A DNA stretch of 64,000 nucleotides from Candidatus Woesebacteria bacterium (lineage in GTDB: Bacteria; Patescibacteriota; Microgenomatia; UBA8517): NCBI GenBank assembly GCA_020060565.1, contig JAGVAE010000002.1:307270-371269 (forward strand), given 5' to 3'. Each line of letters begins with the position of its first letter. The first letter of the stretch is position 1. Positions 18,210 to 27,049 of the stretch are shown here, piece by piece. The translations under genes and the position numbers were made by a program. The notes below the pieces were generated by a model. It did no database searches, had not been told where the DNA came from, and saw only the letters and a list, made by a program, of their open reading frames with translations.

Positions 18210-18813
18210 TCTCTTTGTGATTTCCACCTAAAAGTACACTTGGAACTTTATGCCCTTTGTAATTTTCGGGTCTGGTGTATTGAGGATACTCTAGGTATCC
18301 AGGTTCCTTGTGGGATTCCACTGCCGAGGACTCATCTTTTCCCAAAACTCCTGGAATAAGGCGTATTACCGAGTCAACCAGTACCATTGCAGGAATTTCT
18401 CCTCCCGTAAGAACATAATCTCCAATAGAAATAATCTCATCAACTAGGTTTTCATGAACTCGATGATCAACACCTTCATAATGTCCTGCAATTAAAATTA
18501 GATGGTTATACTTTGAAAGCTCAACCGCTTTTTGCTGTACAAATCTTTTTCCTGTAGCGTCAAGGAGGATTACCCTTGACGATTTAGTTCGTAGGTCTTT
18601 TAAGGCATTATCAACAATATCAACACGAAGTAGCATCCCAGGACCTCCTCCATACGGTTTATCATCAACACTGCGGCGTTCTCCTTCCCCCCATTTCCTT
18701 AAATCATGCACTCTAACTTTAATGAGATCCCTGCTCTCGGCACGCTTAATAATGGAAGCATCAAAGGGTCCATCAAACATGTCTGGGAAGAGAGTGATTA
18801 TGTCAATTTCCAT
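18163..18813 (-). CDS. trmD: tRNA (guanine-N1)-methyltransferase
   Basis: ITLFP, VDDKPYGGGPGM, GHYEGVD.R, SIGDYVLTGGE, LEYPQYTRP. Confidence 0.97.
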   Translation of the reverse strand: MEIDIITLFPDMFDGPFDASIIKRAESRDLIKVRVHDLRKWGEGERRSVDDKPYGGGPGMLLRVDIVDNALKDLRTKSSRVILLDATGKRFVQQKAVELSKYNHLILIAGHYEGVDHRVHENLVDEIISIGDYVLTGGEIPAMVLVDSVIRLIPGVLGKDESSAVESHKEPGYLEYPQYTRPENYKGHKVPSVLLGGNHKEIRDWRQKNQPSVAKS

Positions 18814-18834
18814 ATGTGTATTGTATCATTAAGT
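18814..18834. promoter_or_regulatory. Overlapping bidirectional -10 elements between divergent starts
   Basis: Minus strand TGATACAAT-N6-ATG (trmD); plus strand TATCAT-N5-ATG (18835). Confidence 0.65.
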
Positions 18835-19992
18835 ATGGACAAAATAGTCATTGTTATGCCTGCTTATAATGAGGCAGAAAATATTAAGCTCATGATTACC
18901 GAGCTTTTTAATGAGGTTTTTCCCAAGGTTGAGAACGTCGAAATGCACCTATTGGTGGTTGATGATTATTCTCCAGACGGAACTGGGGATATAGTTAAAA
19001 GCTTTCAGGATAAATACAAGAATTTGCATATGCTCCAAAAGCAAAAAGAAGGATTGGGTTGGGCATACATCAGGGGTTTCCAGTATGCAATTGATAAATT
19101 AAATGCAGATGCAGTGATGGAAATGGATGCCGATTTTCAACACCCTCCGCGCTTCGTGAAACCAATGGTTGAAGCCTATTTGAATGGTGCCGATTATTGT
19201 ATAGGAAGTAGATATATAAAAGGAGGATCTGTTCCAAGGCAGTGGGCACTATCCAGGAAAGCCATCAGTTATTTTGGAAATTTGTTTATTAGGCTTGTTC
19301 TTCTTAAGCCTTCCATTCATGATTTAACAACAGGATTTAGGTTGGCTAGAGTTAAGGGGATTTTAGATAAGATTGATTTAAATAATTTAATGGAGCCTAC
19401 AAGGTTTGCCTACAAAGTAGATTTACTTTATCAGTGTATTAAAAACTCTAAAAAAACAGTTGAGGTTCCATTGGAGTTTGCTGCAAGAACAAAAGAAGTT
19501 TCAAAGTTTAATCCCAAAGAAATGACCTCAACTTTCAAGGTTGCAATTATTCTGGGGATTAAAGATAAGATTAGATTTATTAAATTTGGTGTTGTTGGCT
19601 TTGTTGGTTTTGCAGTTAATTATTTGGGATTGGAGCTTTTAAAACGCTTGGGACTTTCTACTTATTTTGCAACACTTTTTGCAACTGAGGCCGCAATCGT
19701 TTCAAATTTTATACTAAACAATATTTGGACATTTAAAGACAAAATAATAACTTCTTTTAAAGATTTAATAGTTCAGTTTTTGAAGTTTAATTTTTCATCT
19801 CTTTTTGCTGTAATTGTACAGCCATTAATTGTTGCAGGTGTAGCTAAACTATTTGGAGATACATCACTGATTCGTTTTGGGGCTCTCATATTTGCCTTAA
19901 TTTTTGTTATCGTTCCCTATAACTACGTTGTTTACAATCTTTTTATCTGGCGAACTTGGAAAATCCCCAAATTTTTCAAGAGAGATAGATAA
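18835..19992 (+). CDS. DPM1/GtrB-like GT2 polyprenyl-phosphate glycosyltransferase fused to GtrA-like flippase domain
   Basis: VMPAYNE, VDDYSPDGTG, MDADFQHPP, GSRYIKGG; C-terminal RFIKFGVVG...NF.LNNIWTF. True start is ATG 18835. Confidence 0.9.
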   Translation: MDKIVIVMPAYNEAENIKLMITELFNEVFPKVENVEMHLLVVDDYSPDGTGDIVKSFQDKYKNLHMLQKQKEGLGWAYIRGFQYAIDKLNADAVMEMDADFQHPPRFVKPMVEAYLNGADYCIGSRYIKGGSVPRQWALSRKAISYFGNLFIRLVLLKPSIHDLTTGFRLARVKGILDKIDLNNLMEPTRFAYKVDLLYQCIKNSKKTVEVPLEFAARTKEVSKFNPKEMTSTFKVAIILGIKDKIRFIKFGVVGFVGFAVNYLGLELLKRLGLSTYFATLFATEAAIVSNFILNNIWTFKDKIITSFKDLIVQFLKFNFSSLFAVIVQPLIVAGVAKLFGDTSLIRFGALIFALIFVIVPYNYVVYNLFIWRTWKIPKFFKRDR

Positions 19993-19995
19993 GAT

Positions 19996-20011
19996 CTTTG
20001 GCTTGCCAAAG
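19996..20011. terminator. Short hairpin between convergent genes
   Basis: ctttggc-tt-gccaaag between stops at 19992 (+) and 20017 (-); no clear U-tract. Confidence 0.3.
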
Positions 20012-20016
20012 TAGAC

Positions 20017-20196
20017 TTATTTGGAAGACATGGAAGCTTCCATGGGGGAAGAAATAGGAATTTCCGTTGCTTCAAATATGGTTTTAGGAGTACTATTTAC
20101 AATATTTATAGGTTGTATAGGACGTTCCGATTTATAACCATTTTTGTTTGGATTTAGTCTTCTTTCTTTTTCTCTCCAATGTCTGGGAACTTCCAT
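20017..20196 (-). CDS. Small 59 aa ORF (MEVPRHWREKERR...) missed by the track
   Basis: ATG..TAA filling the intergenic gap; N-terminus resembles that of DUF35 Zn-ribbon/OB proteins but there are no Cys. Confidence 0.55.
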   Translation of the reverse strand: MEVPRHWREKERRLNPNKNGYKSERPIQPINIVNSTPKTIFEATEIPISSPMEASMSSK

Positions 20197-20232
20197 TGTA
20201 TATAGTTAGTCTGGATTCAGAAGAAAAACCCA

Positions 20233-20252
20233 TGGTTCGACTTCGCTCACCA
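20233..20252 (+). repeat. REP-like palindromic element (TTCGAC..GCTCA type)
   Basis: tggt-tcgacttcgctc-acca; same architecture as 22535-22553. Confidence 0.6.
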
Positions 20253-20258
20253 CAAGCT

Positions 20259-21416
20259 TTAGAGGAATGGAGCCCAATTGGCTATGGGCATTACATTTTG
20301 GGAGATGAAGGCAAGGGAAAAAAGATAGATAGGGATTATGATTACACCTATCGCGATCTTAAACTCCTTTTTAACTAAGATGTCCGAGAAAGCCACATAA
20401 AGGAATGGAACAAGGGGGAGACAGTAGCGCATAAGGTCTCTATGGGAAATAAAAAGGGAAAGCACAAAAAATACCATTGAAAAAACCGCTATTTCATACT
20501 CTTTCTTTGCAAAAAGTCTGTAAACTCCGATTGCACCAATAAGATAAATAAATATAACTTCTTCCAGCCAGAACGTTCCTACCCATGGGGCTGAGTAATT
20601 AAATATCTGAAATGGAGGAAAAAAGAGGTGAATATTATCCCCCGAATTAAAATATGCCCAGAAATTACCTTGAGTAAAATAATAAAGCGTAAATACAATC
20701 AAAAGTCCTAAAGGAATTAAAAGGATGGGAAAAGTATGTCTAAGATTAAGATTTCTAATCCATTTAGAAGCTGAAACTATTTTTTCTTTTAGGATTGGAA
20801 TTAGTAGATACAGTGAGTACGAAATAAATAACAGAATTCCAGGGGATTTGGTCAATTGCGCAATCATCCCCCAAATTCCAGCAAGCCAATATTTCTTACT
20901 TCTAAAGTAATAAAGTGATGCGATAATGGAACCAACAAAAAGTGGATCAGCGGACCCAGTGGACCTTACTATCAGCCAACGGGCAGGAAAAACCGCAAAA
21001 AGAAAAGTTAAAAATAAAGCATCCCTTCTTCCTACGAATTTACCAATTAATCTATTGAAAAAATAAATTGCGATGATACTTGAGATAAGTGTGACTATTA
21101 ACATTGCGTAGGGGTAATTGGTGATTATGCCAAAAAGTCTAATAAGAACTGGAAATAATGGAAAATGGGCTGTGTAATATTCTGTGGGAAGGGGAAATTG
21201 AAAGCTCGTTTCAATTAAACTTTTGTTGTACATTGTTTTTGCTGCAACCAGATAAAGTGGACCGTCGTAGTTTGAGACTATTGTGGCCAGTCCGTTTGTA
21301 GGAAGTGGAATACTCCAAAACACTGGAATTCTAAGGAAAAAAGGAAGCCAAATAAGAATAGTTGGGATAAGTGAGAAAACCCCTGCCCAAAAAAGTTTTT
21401 TAATTGTCGCTTTCAC
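20259..21416 (-). CDS. GT-C fold membrane glycosyltransferase (PIG-V/mannosyltransferase-like)
   Basis: ~10 TM; NYDGPLY...A...Y, AHFPLFP first-loop motif. Confidence 0.7.
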   Translation of the reverse strand: MKATIKKLFWAGVFSLIPTILIWLPFFLRIPVFWSIPLPTNGLATIVSNYDGPLYLVAAKTMYNKSLIETSFQFPLPTEYYTAHFPLFPVLIRLFGIITNYPYAMLIVTLISSIIAIYFFNRLIGKFVGRRDALFLTFLFAVFPARWLIVRSTGSADPLFVGSIIASLYYFRSKKYWLAGIWGMIAQLTKSPGILLFISYSLYLLIPILKEKIVSASKWIRNLNLRHTFPILLIPLGLLIVFTLYYFTQGNFWAYFNSGDNIHLFFPPFQIFNYSAPWVGTFWLEEVIFIYLIGAIGVYRLFAKKEYEIAVFSMVFFVLSLFISHRDLMRYCLPLVPFLYVAFSDILVKKEFKIAIGVIIIPIYLFSLAFISQNVMPIANWAPFL

Positions 21417-21462
21417 ATCTGTATATTAACATGCGGGGGTTAAATTATGCTAGACTTTAGGC
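21417..21462. promoter_or_regulatory. Back-to-back divergent extended -10 promoters
   Basis: Minus strand TGTTAATAT-N6-GTG (21416); plus strand TGCTAGACT-N6-ATG (21463). Confidence 0.65.
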
Positions 21463-22173
21463 ATGGATACTAAAATACCTGAACTTTCTGTATTCTTACC
21501 TGCTTTCAATGAAGGAGAGACTATAAAAGAAGTTGTTGTCAAAACCAAAAATGTTCTTCAAAAAATAACAACTAGATGGGAAATAATCGTAGTCAATGAC
21601 GGTTCGGTTGATTTTACAAAAGAAATTATAACGGCACTACATAAAGAAGATTCAAGGATCAGACTTATTAATCATGAAGAAAATAGGGGTTATGGAGCTT
21701 CATTTAGATCTGGTCTTTATGGATCAAAACATGAATGGATTGCATTTACAGATTCTGATGGCCAATTTGATTTTAGTGAGATTACAAACTTCATTGCTAA
21801 ACAAAAAGAAACTAGGGCAGATATTGTAATTGGGTATTATAAGAAACGTAGAGTATCCAAATTTAAAATTATAACTAGCAAAATTTGGGAGTTTTCAATA
21901 ATAATTCTATTTGGTCTTAAGGTTCGTGATATTGATTGTGGTTTTAAACTAATTTCTAAGCGTGTTGTTCAAAAAATACCACAACTCGAAAGTGAACGGG
22001 GTGCATTTATTAGTAGTGAATTTTTAATTAAGGCAAAACGAGCGGGATTTAAAATTGTTGAGATCCCAGTGACCCATTATCCAAGATTAACTGGTACGGG
22101 GACTGGAAGAAGGTTGAATGTCATAATAAAAAGCTTTATTGATTTACTTAGATTATGGAAAAAATTATATTAA
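21463..22173 (+). CDS. DPM1/GtrB-like GT2
   Basis: LSVFLPAFNE, VNDGS.D, NRGYG, FTDSDGQFD, DIDCGFKL. Confidence 0.9.
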   Translation: MDTKIPELSVFLPAFNEGETIKEVVVKTKNVLQKITTRWEIIVVNDGSVDFTKEIITALHKEDSRIRLINHEENRGYGASFRSGLYGSKHEWIAFTDSDGQFDFSEITNFIAKQKETRADIVIGYYKKRRVSKFKIITSKIWEFSIIILFGLKVRDIDCGFKLISKRVVQKIPQLESERGAFISSEFLIKAKRAGFKIVEIPVTHYPRLTGTGTGRRLNVIIKSFIDLLRLWKKLY

Positions 22174-23729
22174 AAATGATTACACTTCGTAATAAAAAAT
22201 GGATTAAGAATATCACTACTGAATTTTGGATTCTTATTGCAATTCTTGTTGTTGGTGCAGTTCTTCGTCTTTATAACATTGAAGGATACATGACCTTTTT
22301 GGGAGATGAGGGGCGTGACGTAATTATCGTTAGAAGGCTTTTAACTGAAGTTCACCCTCCATTAATTGGGCCAGGGACATCAATTGGAAATATGTATTTG
22401 GGTCCGATGTACTATTACATGATGGCTCCAGCTCTTGCCTTGGCTGGGTTTTCTCCAATTGGACCTGCGGTTGAAATCGCGATACTTGGGATAATAACAA
22501 TCTGGCTTATCTGGTATGTGGGGAAGACTTGGTTTCCTTCGACAAGCTCAGGACCTTCGGTGGTGGGACTTATTGCTGCTGGTCTTTATGCAATTAGTCC
22601 AACTGTAATTATCTATTCTCGTTCTTCTTGGAATCCAAACATTATGCCATTCTTTGCACTTCTTTCTGTCTTTTCTATTTGGAAAGTATGGAAACAGAAG
22701 AAAATCGGTTGGTTATTGGTTTTAGGATTTTCTTTTGCTGCAGTTCTTCAATCCCATTACATAGGTCTTTTACTTCTTCCAACTATTGGAATTTATTGGT
22801 TATTAACGTGGTGGAAATTAAAAAATAAAAAAGAAGAAATAAAAAAGTTCATGCGCTATTCGCTATTCGCTATTTCGCTATTTACTATTCTTATGTCTCC
22901 TTTGTTCTTCTTTGATATTCGTCACAATTGGACAGTTTCAAAAGCAATCTATACATTTTTCACTGTTCGTCAAACTACAGTTTCTGTTAGACCATGGACG
23001 GCAATACCAAAAACTCCGGAAATACTTGAAACAATCAATACCAGCCTAATTGGAGGCAAGAATGAAATGGCGGGTCAATTAACCTCTATAGCAATGGTAG
23101 GAATGGTTGTATTTTTGGTATGGATATACTTCAGAAAAAAGAAAACCCCTTATCCATTCAGTAGTTTAGCCATTTTATTTTTATGGTTTGGATTTGGACT
23201 TGTTGGTTTTGGGATTTATAAACAAAATATTTATGATCACTACTTTGGGTTTCTATTTGTGGTGCCATATCTTTTAATGGGGGCACTTATTGCCTCCGTC
23301 CTAAAAGACGGAAAGCTTGGGAAAATCTTAGGAGGTGTGATATTAATTTATCTAGTTGGAGTTAACTTAGTACAAAATCCTTTAAGATTTCATCCAAACA
23401 ATCAACTACCAAGAGCTATCAATGTTGCTAAAATAATTGAAGTTGAGTCAAAAGGGGAACGTTTTAATTTGGCAGTAATTGCGGAAAGAAATTATGAAGA
23501 TGGATACAAATATTTTCTTCTAAAAGATAATCAACCCGTAGTTAGTATTGATGCTCAAATTGAAGACAGTATTACTGATCAGTTGTTTGTTGTTTGCGAG
23601 CTTGAAAAAACAAAATGTAATCCCACACATAATGCTAACGCTTCTGTGGCCAACTTTGGTTGGAGTAAAATAGATAGTAGTTGGGAAGTGGATGGGGTGA
23701 TAGTATACAAACTTGTTCACACAAAATAA
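22155..23729 (+). CDS. GT-C (ArnT/PMT-like) membrane glycosyltransferase
   Basis: LR.Y...DEGRD...LIGP.T...GPMYYY, multi-TM, soluble C-terminus. Start could be 22176. Confidence 0.8.
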   Translation: MEKIILKMITLRNKKWIKNITTEFWILIAILVVGAVLRLYNIEGYMTFLGDEGRDVIIVRRLLTEVHPPLIGPGTSIGNMYLGPMYYYMMAPALALAGFSPIGPAVEIAILGIITIWLIWYVGKTWFPSTSSGPSVVGLIAAGLYAISPTVIIYSRSSWNPNIMPFFALLSVFSIWKVWKQKKIGWLLVLGFSFAAVLQSHYIGLLLLPTIGIYWLLTWWKLKNKKEEIKKFMRYSLFAISLFTILMSPLFFFDIRHNWTVSKAIYTFFTVRQTTVSVRPWTAIPKTPEILETINTSLIGGKNEMAGQLTSIAMVGMVVFLVWIYFRKKKTPYPFSSLAILFLWFGFGLVGFGIYKQNIYDHYFGFLFVVPYLLMGALIASVLKDGKLGKILGGVILIYLVGVNLVQNPLRFHPNNQLPRAINVAKIIEVESKGERFNLAVIAERNYEDGYKYFLLKDNQPVVSIDAQIEDSITDQLFVVCELEKTKCNPTHNANASVANFGWSKIDSSWEVDGVIVYKLVHTK

Positions 23730-23731
23730 TT

Positions 23732-24724
23732 ATGAATTACGAAGAATCACAAAAAATATTAGAAGAGATAAAAAAAGCAAATAAAATTTTAATCAATTGC
23801 CACAGAGGGCCAGATTCTGATTCAGTTGGAAGTGCTTTGGGACTCTCGAATATATTAGAAACAATGGGCAAAGAGATCGTTGTAATTTGCCCAAGTGAGA
23901 TACCAAACGATCTAAGATTTTTACCAGGCTCTCAAAAAATCAGAAGAATAGATTATGCAAACTTCAATTTTAAAGAGTATGATCTTTTTTTGGCAATTGA
24001 CTCTTCTAGTTTCTCAATGGTTACTGGTTCAAGAGAATCAAGACAGCCAGGAGGTATTGATATCATTGTAATAGATCACCATTTTTCGAATGAGGGTTTT
24101 GGAAAAATAAATTTAATCGATAGTAAAGCTACTTCTACAGGAGAACTGTTATTCAATGTTTTTGAAGATTGGAATGTTGTTATTGATGCGGATACTGCTA
24201 ATTGTTTGTTAACTGGTGTAATTGGAGACACGGGGTGTTTTATGTATCAAAATGTGGGTGAAGACACATTGAAGATTGCAGCAAAGCTTATTAGTTTAGG
24301 CGCAGACAAAGACAATATTGTATATAACATTTATCGCAATATTAATTTCTCAGAATTAAAAATTTGGGGAAAGATAATTGAAAATATGCAGATTGACAAG
24401 GAAAATCGTTTTGTTTGGTCGATAATCCCTATAGCGATTTACAAAGACTTTATTGGAATTGAAAACATCAAAGAAGACGCGGCCAACTTGTTTTTCCCGA
24501 TTGTTAAAGATACTGATTTTGGAATAATTATGGAGGAAAGAGAGAATGGGGAATTATCAGCAAGTTTTAGATCAAGATCTGGCTTTGATGTCTCAAAAAT
24601 CGCAAAAGAAGTTGGTGGAGGTGGACACAAAGCAGCTGCGGGAGCAAGAATAGAGGGATTGTGTTTTAGTGATGCAGTAGAAAAAGTTTTGGCAGCAGCC
24701 AGGAAGTATGCTAAAAAAAATTAA
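23732..24724 (+). CDS. nrnA: DHH/DHHA1 phosphoesterase (NrnA-like oligoribonuclease/pAp phosphatase)
   Basis: H..PD.D..GS, IDHH, DTG.F, SFRS, GGGGH..AAGA; ATG 23732. Confidence 0.88.
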   Translation: MNYEESQKILEEIKKANKILINCHRGPDSDSVGSALGLSNILETMGKEIVVICPSEIPNDLRFLPGSQKIRRIDYANFNFKEYDLFLAIDSSSFSMVTGSRESRQPGGIDIIVIDHHFSNEGFGKINLIDSKATSTGELLFNVFEDWNVVIDADTANCLLTGVIGDTGCFMYQNVGEDTLKIAAKLISLGADKDNIVYNIYRNINFSELKIWGKIIENMQIDKENRFVWSIIPIAIYKDFIGIENIKEDAANLFFPIVKDTDFGIIMEERENGELSASFRSRSGFDVSKIAKEVGGGGHKAAAGARIEGLCFSDAVEKVLAAARKYAKKN

Positions 24725-26234
24725 AAAGTTCTTAAGCCTCGAATCACTTTCGGTTTCTATCATCCTAATAATTTCTTTTATCCTACGTGTTTTCAGGATT
24801 GATCAGATTCTTGCATTTCATTATGACCAGGGAAGGGATGCACTGGTAATTTGGGATCTAATATATTCACATAAATTATTTTTAATAGGGCCCACAACTG
24901 GTCTTGCCGGGGTTTTTAGAGGACCGTTCTATTATTATTTAATTGCACCTTTTTATTGGTTGGGTAATGGGAATCCTGTTTATCCTGCAGTTTTCCTTGC
25001 GATTCTTTCGGTTGTTGCTTTGGGTTTAATGTATCTTCTTGCAAAAAAGATTGGTGGCAAAAGAACTGGTTTTATTGCACTGATTCTTGGAACTTTCTCT
25101 TTTGAAATAATATATGCAAGTCGTTGGTTGAGTAATCCCACCCCAATGCTTATTCTTTCAATGATAGTTGTATGGTGTCTATTTAAGATTTTAGATCAGA
25201 AAAAAAGACCTGCCCCACAGAGCCTTGGCGGCGTGGGGTGGGCATGGATAGTTCTTTCATTTGTTTTGGGTTTATCATTTTTCCATTTTGGTTCATCTGG
25301 AGAATTGTTTTACTTCCCAGCACTACTTATATTCGCAATAGTTTTTAAAAAGTTTCCAGATATTAAAACTTTTCTTATTTCAATTGGAGTTTTTCTTCTA
25401 ACCTTTTCACCTCTTTTTCTTTTTAATTTAAAACATGGAGGAATTTTGGGAAATAATATTGCAGGACTTTTGTTATCTGGTACTAGTTTTAATCTACCTT
25501 CTTGGCAATTTGTTATTGATAAATTAAAAGATATTGGAGTTTATTTTTCTTCGCTTGTATTTCACAGCCCGTCAGTCAGTGAGTTGACTCATATATTTGC
25601 CATTATTGCTGCGTCTTTGATTTTTCTTCCAAAACTTATTAAGAATGACAAAATAAAAGTAATCCTCATACTTTTAGGATCAGTAGCTTTTGGAGCCGTG
25701 TTTTTTCAAGGTAATAATGGCAATTTTTATCAGTATTACCTAACTGGATTTTATTTAATATTCCTACTTCTATTTGCAACAGTTTTAAATTCTTTATTTG
25801 AATCCTCTTTTGTGGGAAAAGTGTTAATGATTTACTTAATGCTTTTCTTTATGTTTCAAAATTGGACTTGGACCAAGCCCTATTTGATGGCAAAAGGTAG
25901 TGAACCGGATTTGATAGTTTTAACTAATCAAAAGCAAGCGATTGATTGGGTGTATAAAAATGTGGGTGAAAAGGAATTTAACGTAGATGTCTATGTTCCC
26001 CCTGTAATTTCATACTCATATGATTACCTGTTTAAATGGTTAGGAACTACAAAGTATCATAAACTCTCAGTGGACTCTCAAGTTCCTCTTCTATACACTT
26101 TATATGAGGTGGATCCTCCACATCCTGAAAGGCTTAAAGCCTGGATGGATAGACAAAGGGGAATAGGCAAAGTAATAAAGGAAGAAACTTTTGGAGGTAT
26201 AACAGTACAAGAGAGGGAAAGAATAATTAAATGA
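24708..26234 (+). CDS. GT-C (ArnT/PMT-like) membrane glycosyltransferase, paralog of 22155
   Basis: DQGRD...LIGPTT...GPFYYY; multi-TM. Confidence 0.8.
   Translation: MLKKIKKFLSLESLSVSIILIISFILRVFRIDQILAFHYDQGRDALVIWDLIYSHKLFLIGPTTGLAGVFRGPFYYYLIAPFYWLGNGNPVYPAVFLAILSVVALGLMYLLAKKIGGKRTGFIALILGTFSFEIIYASRWLSNPTPMLILSMIVVWCLFKILDQKKRPAPQSLGGVGWAWIVLSFVLGLSFFHFGSSGELFYFPALLIFAIVFKKFPDIKTFLISIGVFLLTFSPLFLFNLKHGGILGNNIAGLLLSGTSFNLPSWQFVIDKLKDIGVYFSSLVFHSPSVSELTHIFAIIAASLIFLPKLIKNDKIKVILILLGSVAFGAVFFQGNNGNFYQYYLTGFYLIFLLLFATVLNSLFESSFVGKVLMIYLMLFFMFQNWTWTKPYLMAKGSEPDLIVLTNQKQAIDWVYKNVGEKEFNVDVYVPPVISYSYDYLFKWLGTTKYHKLSVDSQVPLLYTLYEVDPPHPERLKAWMDRQRGIGKVIKEETFGGITVQERERIIK
25209..25242 (+). repeat. 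GC-rich palindromic element inside a CDS
   Basis: cctgccccac-agagccttggcggc-gtggggtggg, 10 bp stem with G:U pairs. Confidence 0.65.
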
Positions 26235-26977
26235 AACCATATTTAAGTGTTGTCATACCAGCATATAATGAAGAGTACAACTTAAGAACTGGGGTATTGG
26301 ACTCGGTATATGATTATCTTTCAGGGCAAAAACACACTTGGGAGATTATTTTTGTTGACGATGCTTCAACTGACAACACAGCCAAACTGGCGGAAAACTT
26401 TGCAAGTAAACATGAGAATTTTACTGTTCTTAAAGAACCCCATAGGGGAAAGGCAGGAACAGTAACGGCGGGTATATTAAAATCTAAAGGGGAGATAATC
26501 CTTTTTACAGATACTGACCAAGCGACTCCAATTGATCAAATAGAAAAAGTATTGCCAAAATTCAAGGCGGGGTATGATGTTGTAATTGGTTCTCGTAAAG
26601 GTCGTGAAGGAGCTCCTATTATAAGAAAAGTAATGGCCTATGGTTTTTCGTTACTGAGACTTTTGATTCTTAGACTTCCATATAAAGATACACAGTGTGG
26701 TTTTAAAGCTTTTTCAAATTCTGCTGCAGAAGAGATATTTAAAAGGCTTGAAATATTTAGTTCAAAAAACAAAAGCGTTGGAGCATCAGTAACAGCAGGA
26801 TTTGATTTGGAAATACTTTATGTTGCCAGAAAGTTGGGATATAAAGTGGCGGAAGTTCCAGTGGATTGGCACCACAAGGAAGGAACAAAAGTAAATCCGA
26901 TTAAAGATTCAATAGAAGGGCTTCGTGGTCTTTTTATGGTTCGCCTAAATTCACTTCAGGGAAAATATAAAGTTTGA
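26231..26977 (+). CDS. Dolichyl/polyprenyl-phosphate glucosyltransferase-like GT2
   Basis: LSVVIPAYNE, VDDASTD, FTDTDQATP, DTQCGFKAF. Confidence 0.9.
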   Translation: MKPYLSVVIPAYNEEYNLRTGVLDSVYDYLSGQKHTWEIIFVDDASTDNTAKLAENFASKHENFTVLKEPHRGKAGTVTAGILKSKGEIILFTDTDQATPIDQIEKVLPKFKAGYDVVIGSRKGREGAPIIRKVMAYGFSLLRLLILRLPYKDTQCGFKAFSNSAAEEIFKRLEIFSSKNKSVGASVTAGFDLEILYVARKLGYKVAEVPVDWHHKEGTKVNPIKDSIEGLRGLFMVRLNSLQGKYKV

Positions 26978-27034
26978 AAAGAAGGGAGAGATAAATAATG
27001 TTGTTTTAACTTCAGACAACTCGTGATACTTTTG

Positions 27035-27043
27035 TGTTAGAAT
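27035..27043 (+). promoter_or_regulatory. Extended -10 (TGTTAGAAT) 6 nt before ATG
   Basis: tgttagaat-tggtga-ATG(27050). Confidence 0.65.
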
Positions 27044-27049
27044 TGGTGA

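Noticed and set aside
18706-18834. Track N-terminal extension of the GT2-GtrA gene
   Set aside because: It overlaps trmD on the opposite strand; GT2 homology and the -10 element point to ATG 18835.
20148-20378. 76 aa plus-strand ORF
   Set aside because: It is antisense to two minus-strand ORFs, and its MVRLRSPQ segment is just the translated REP-like element.
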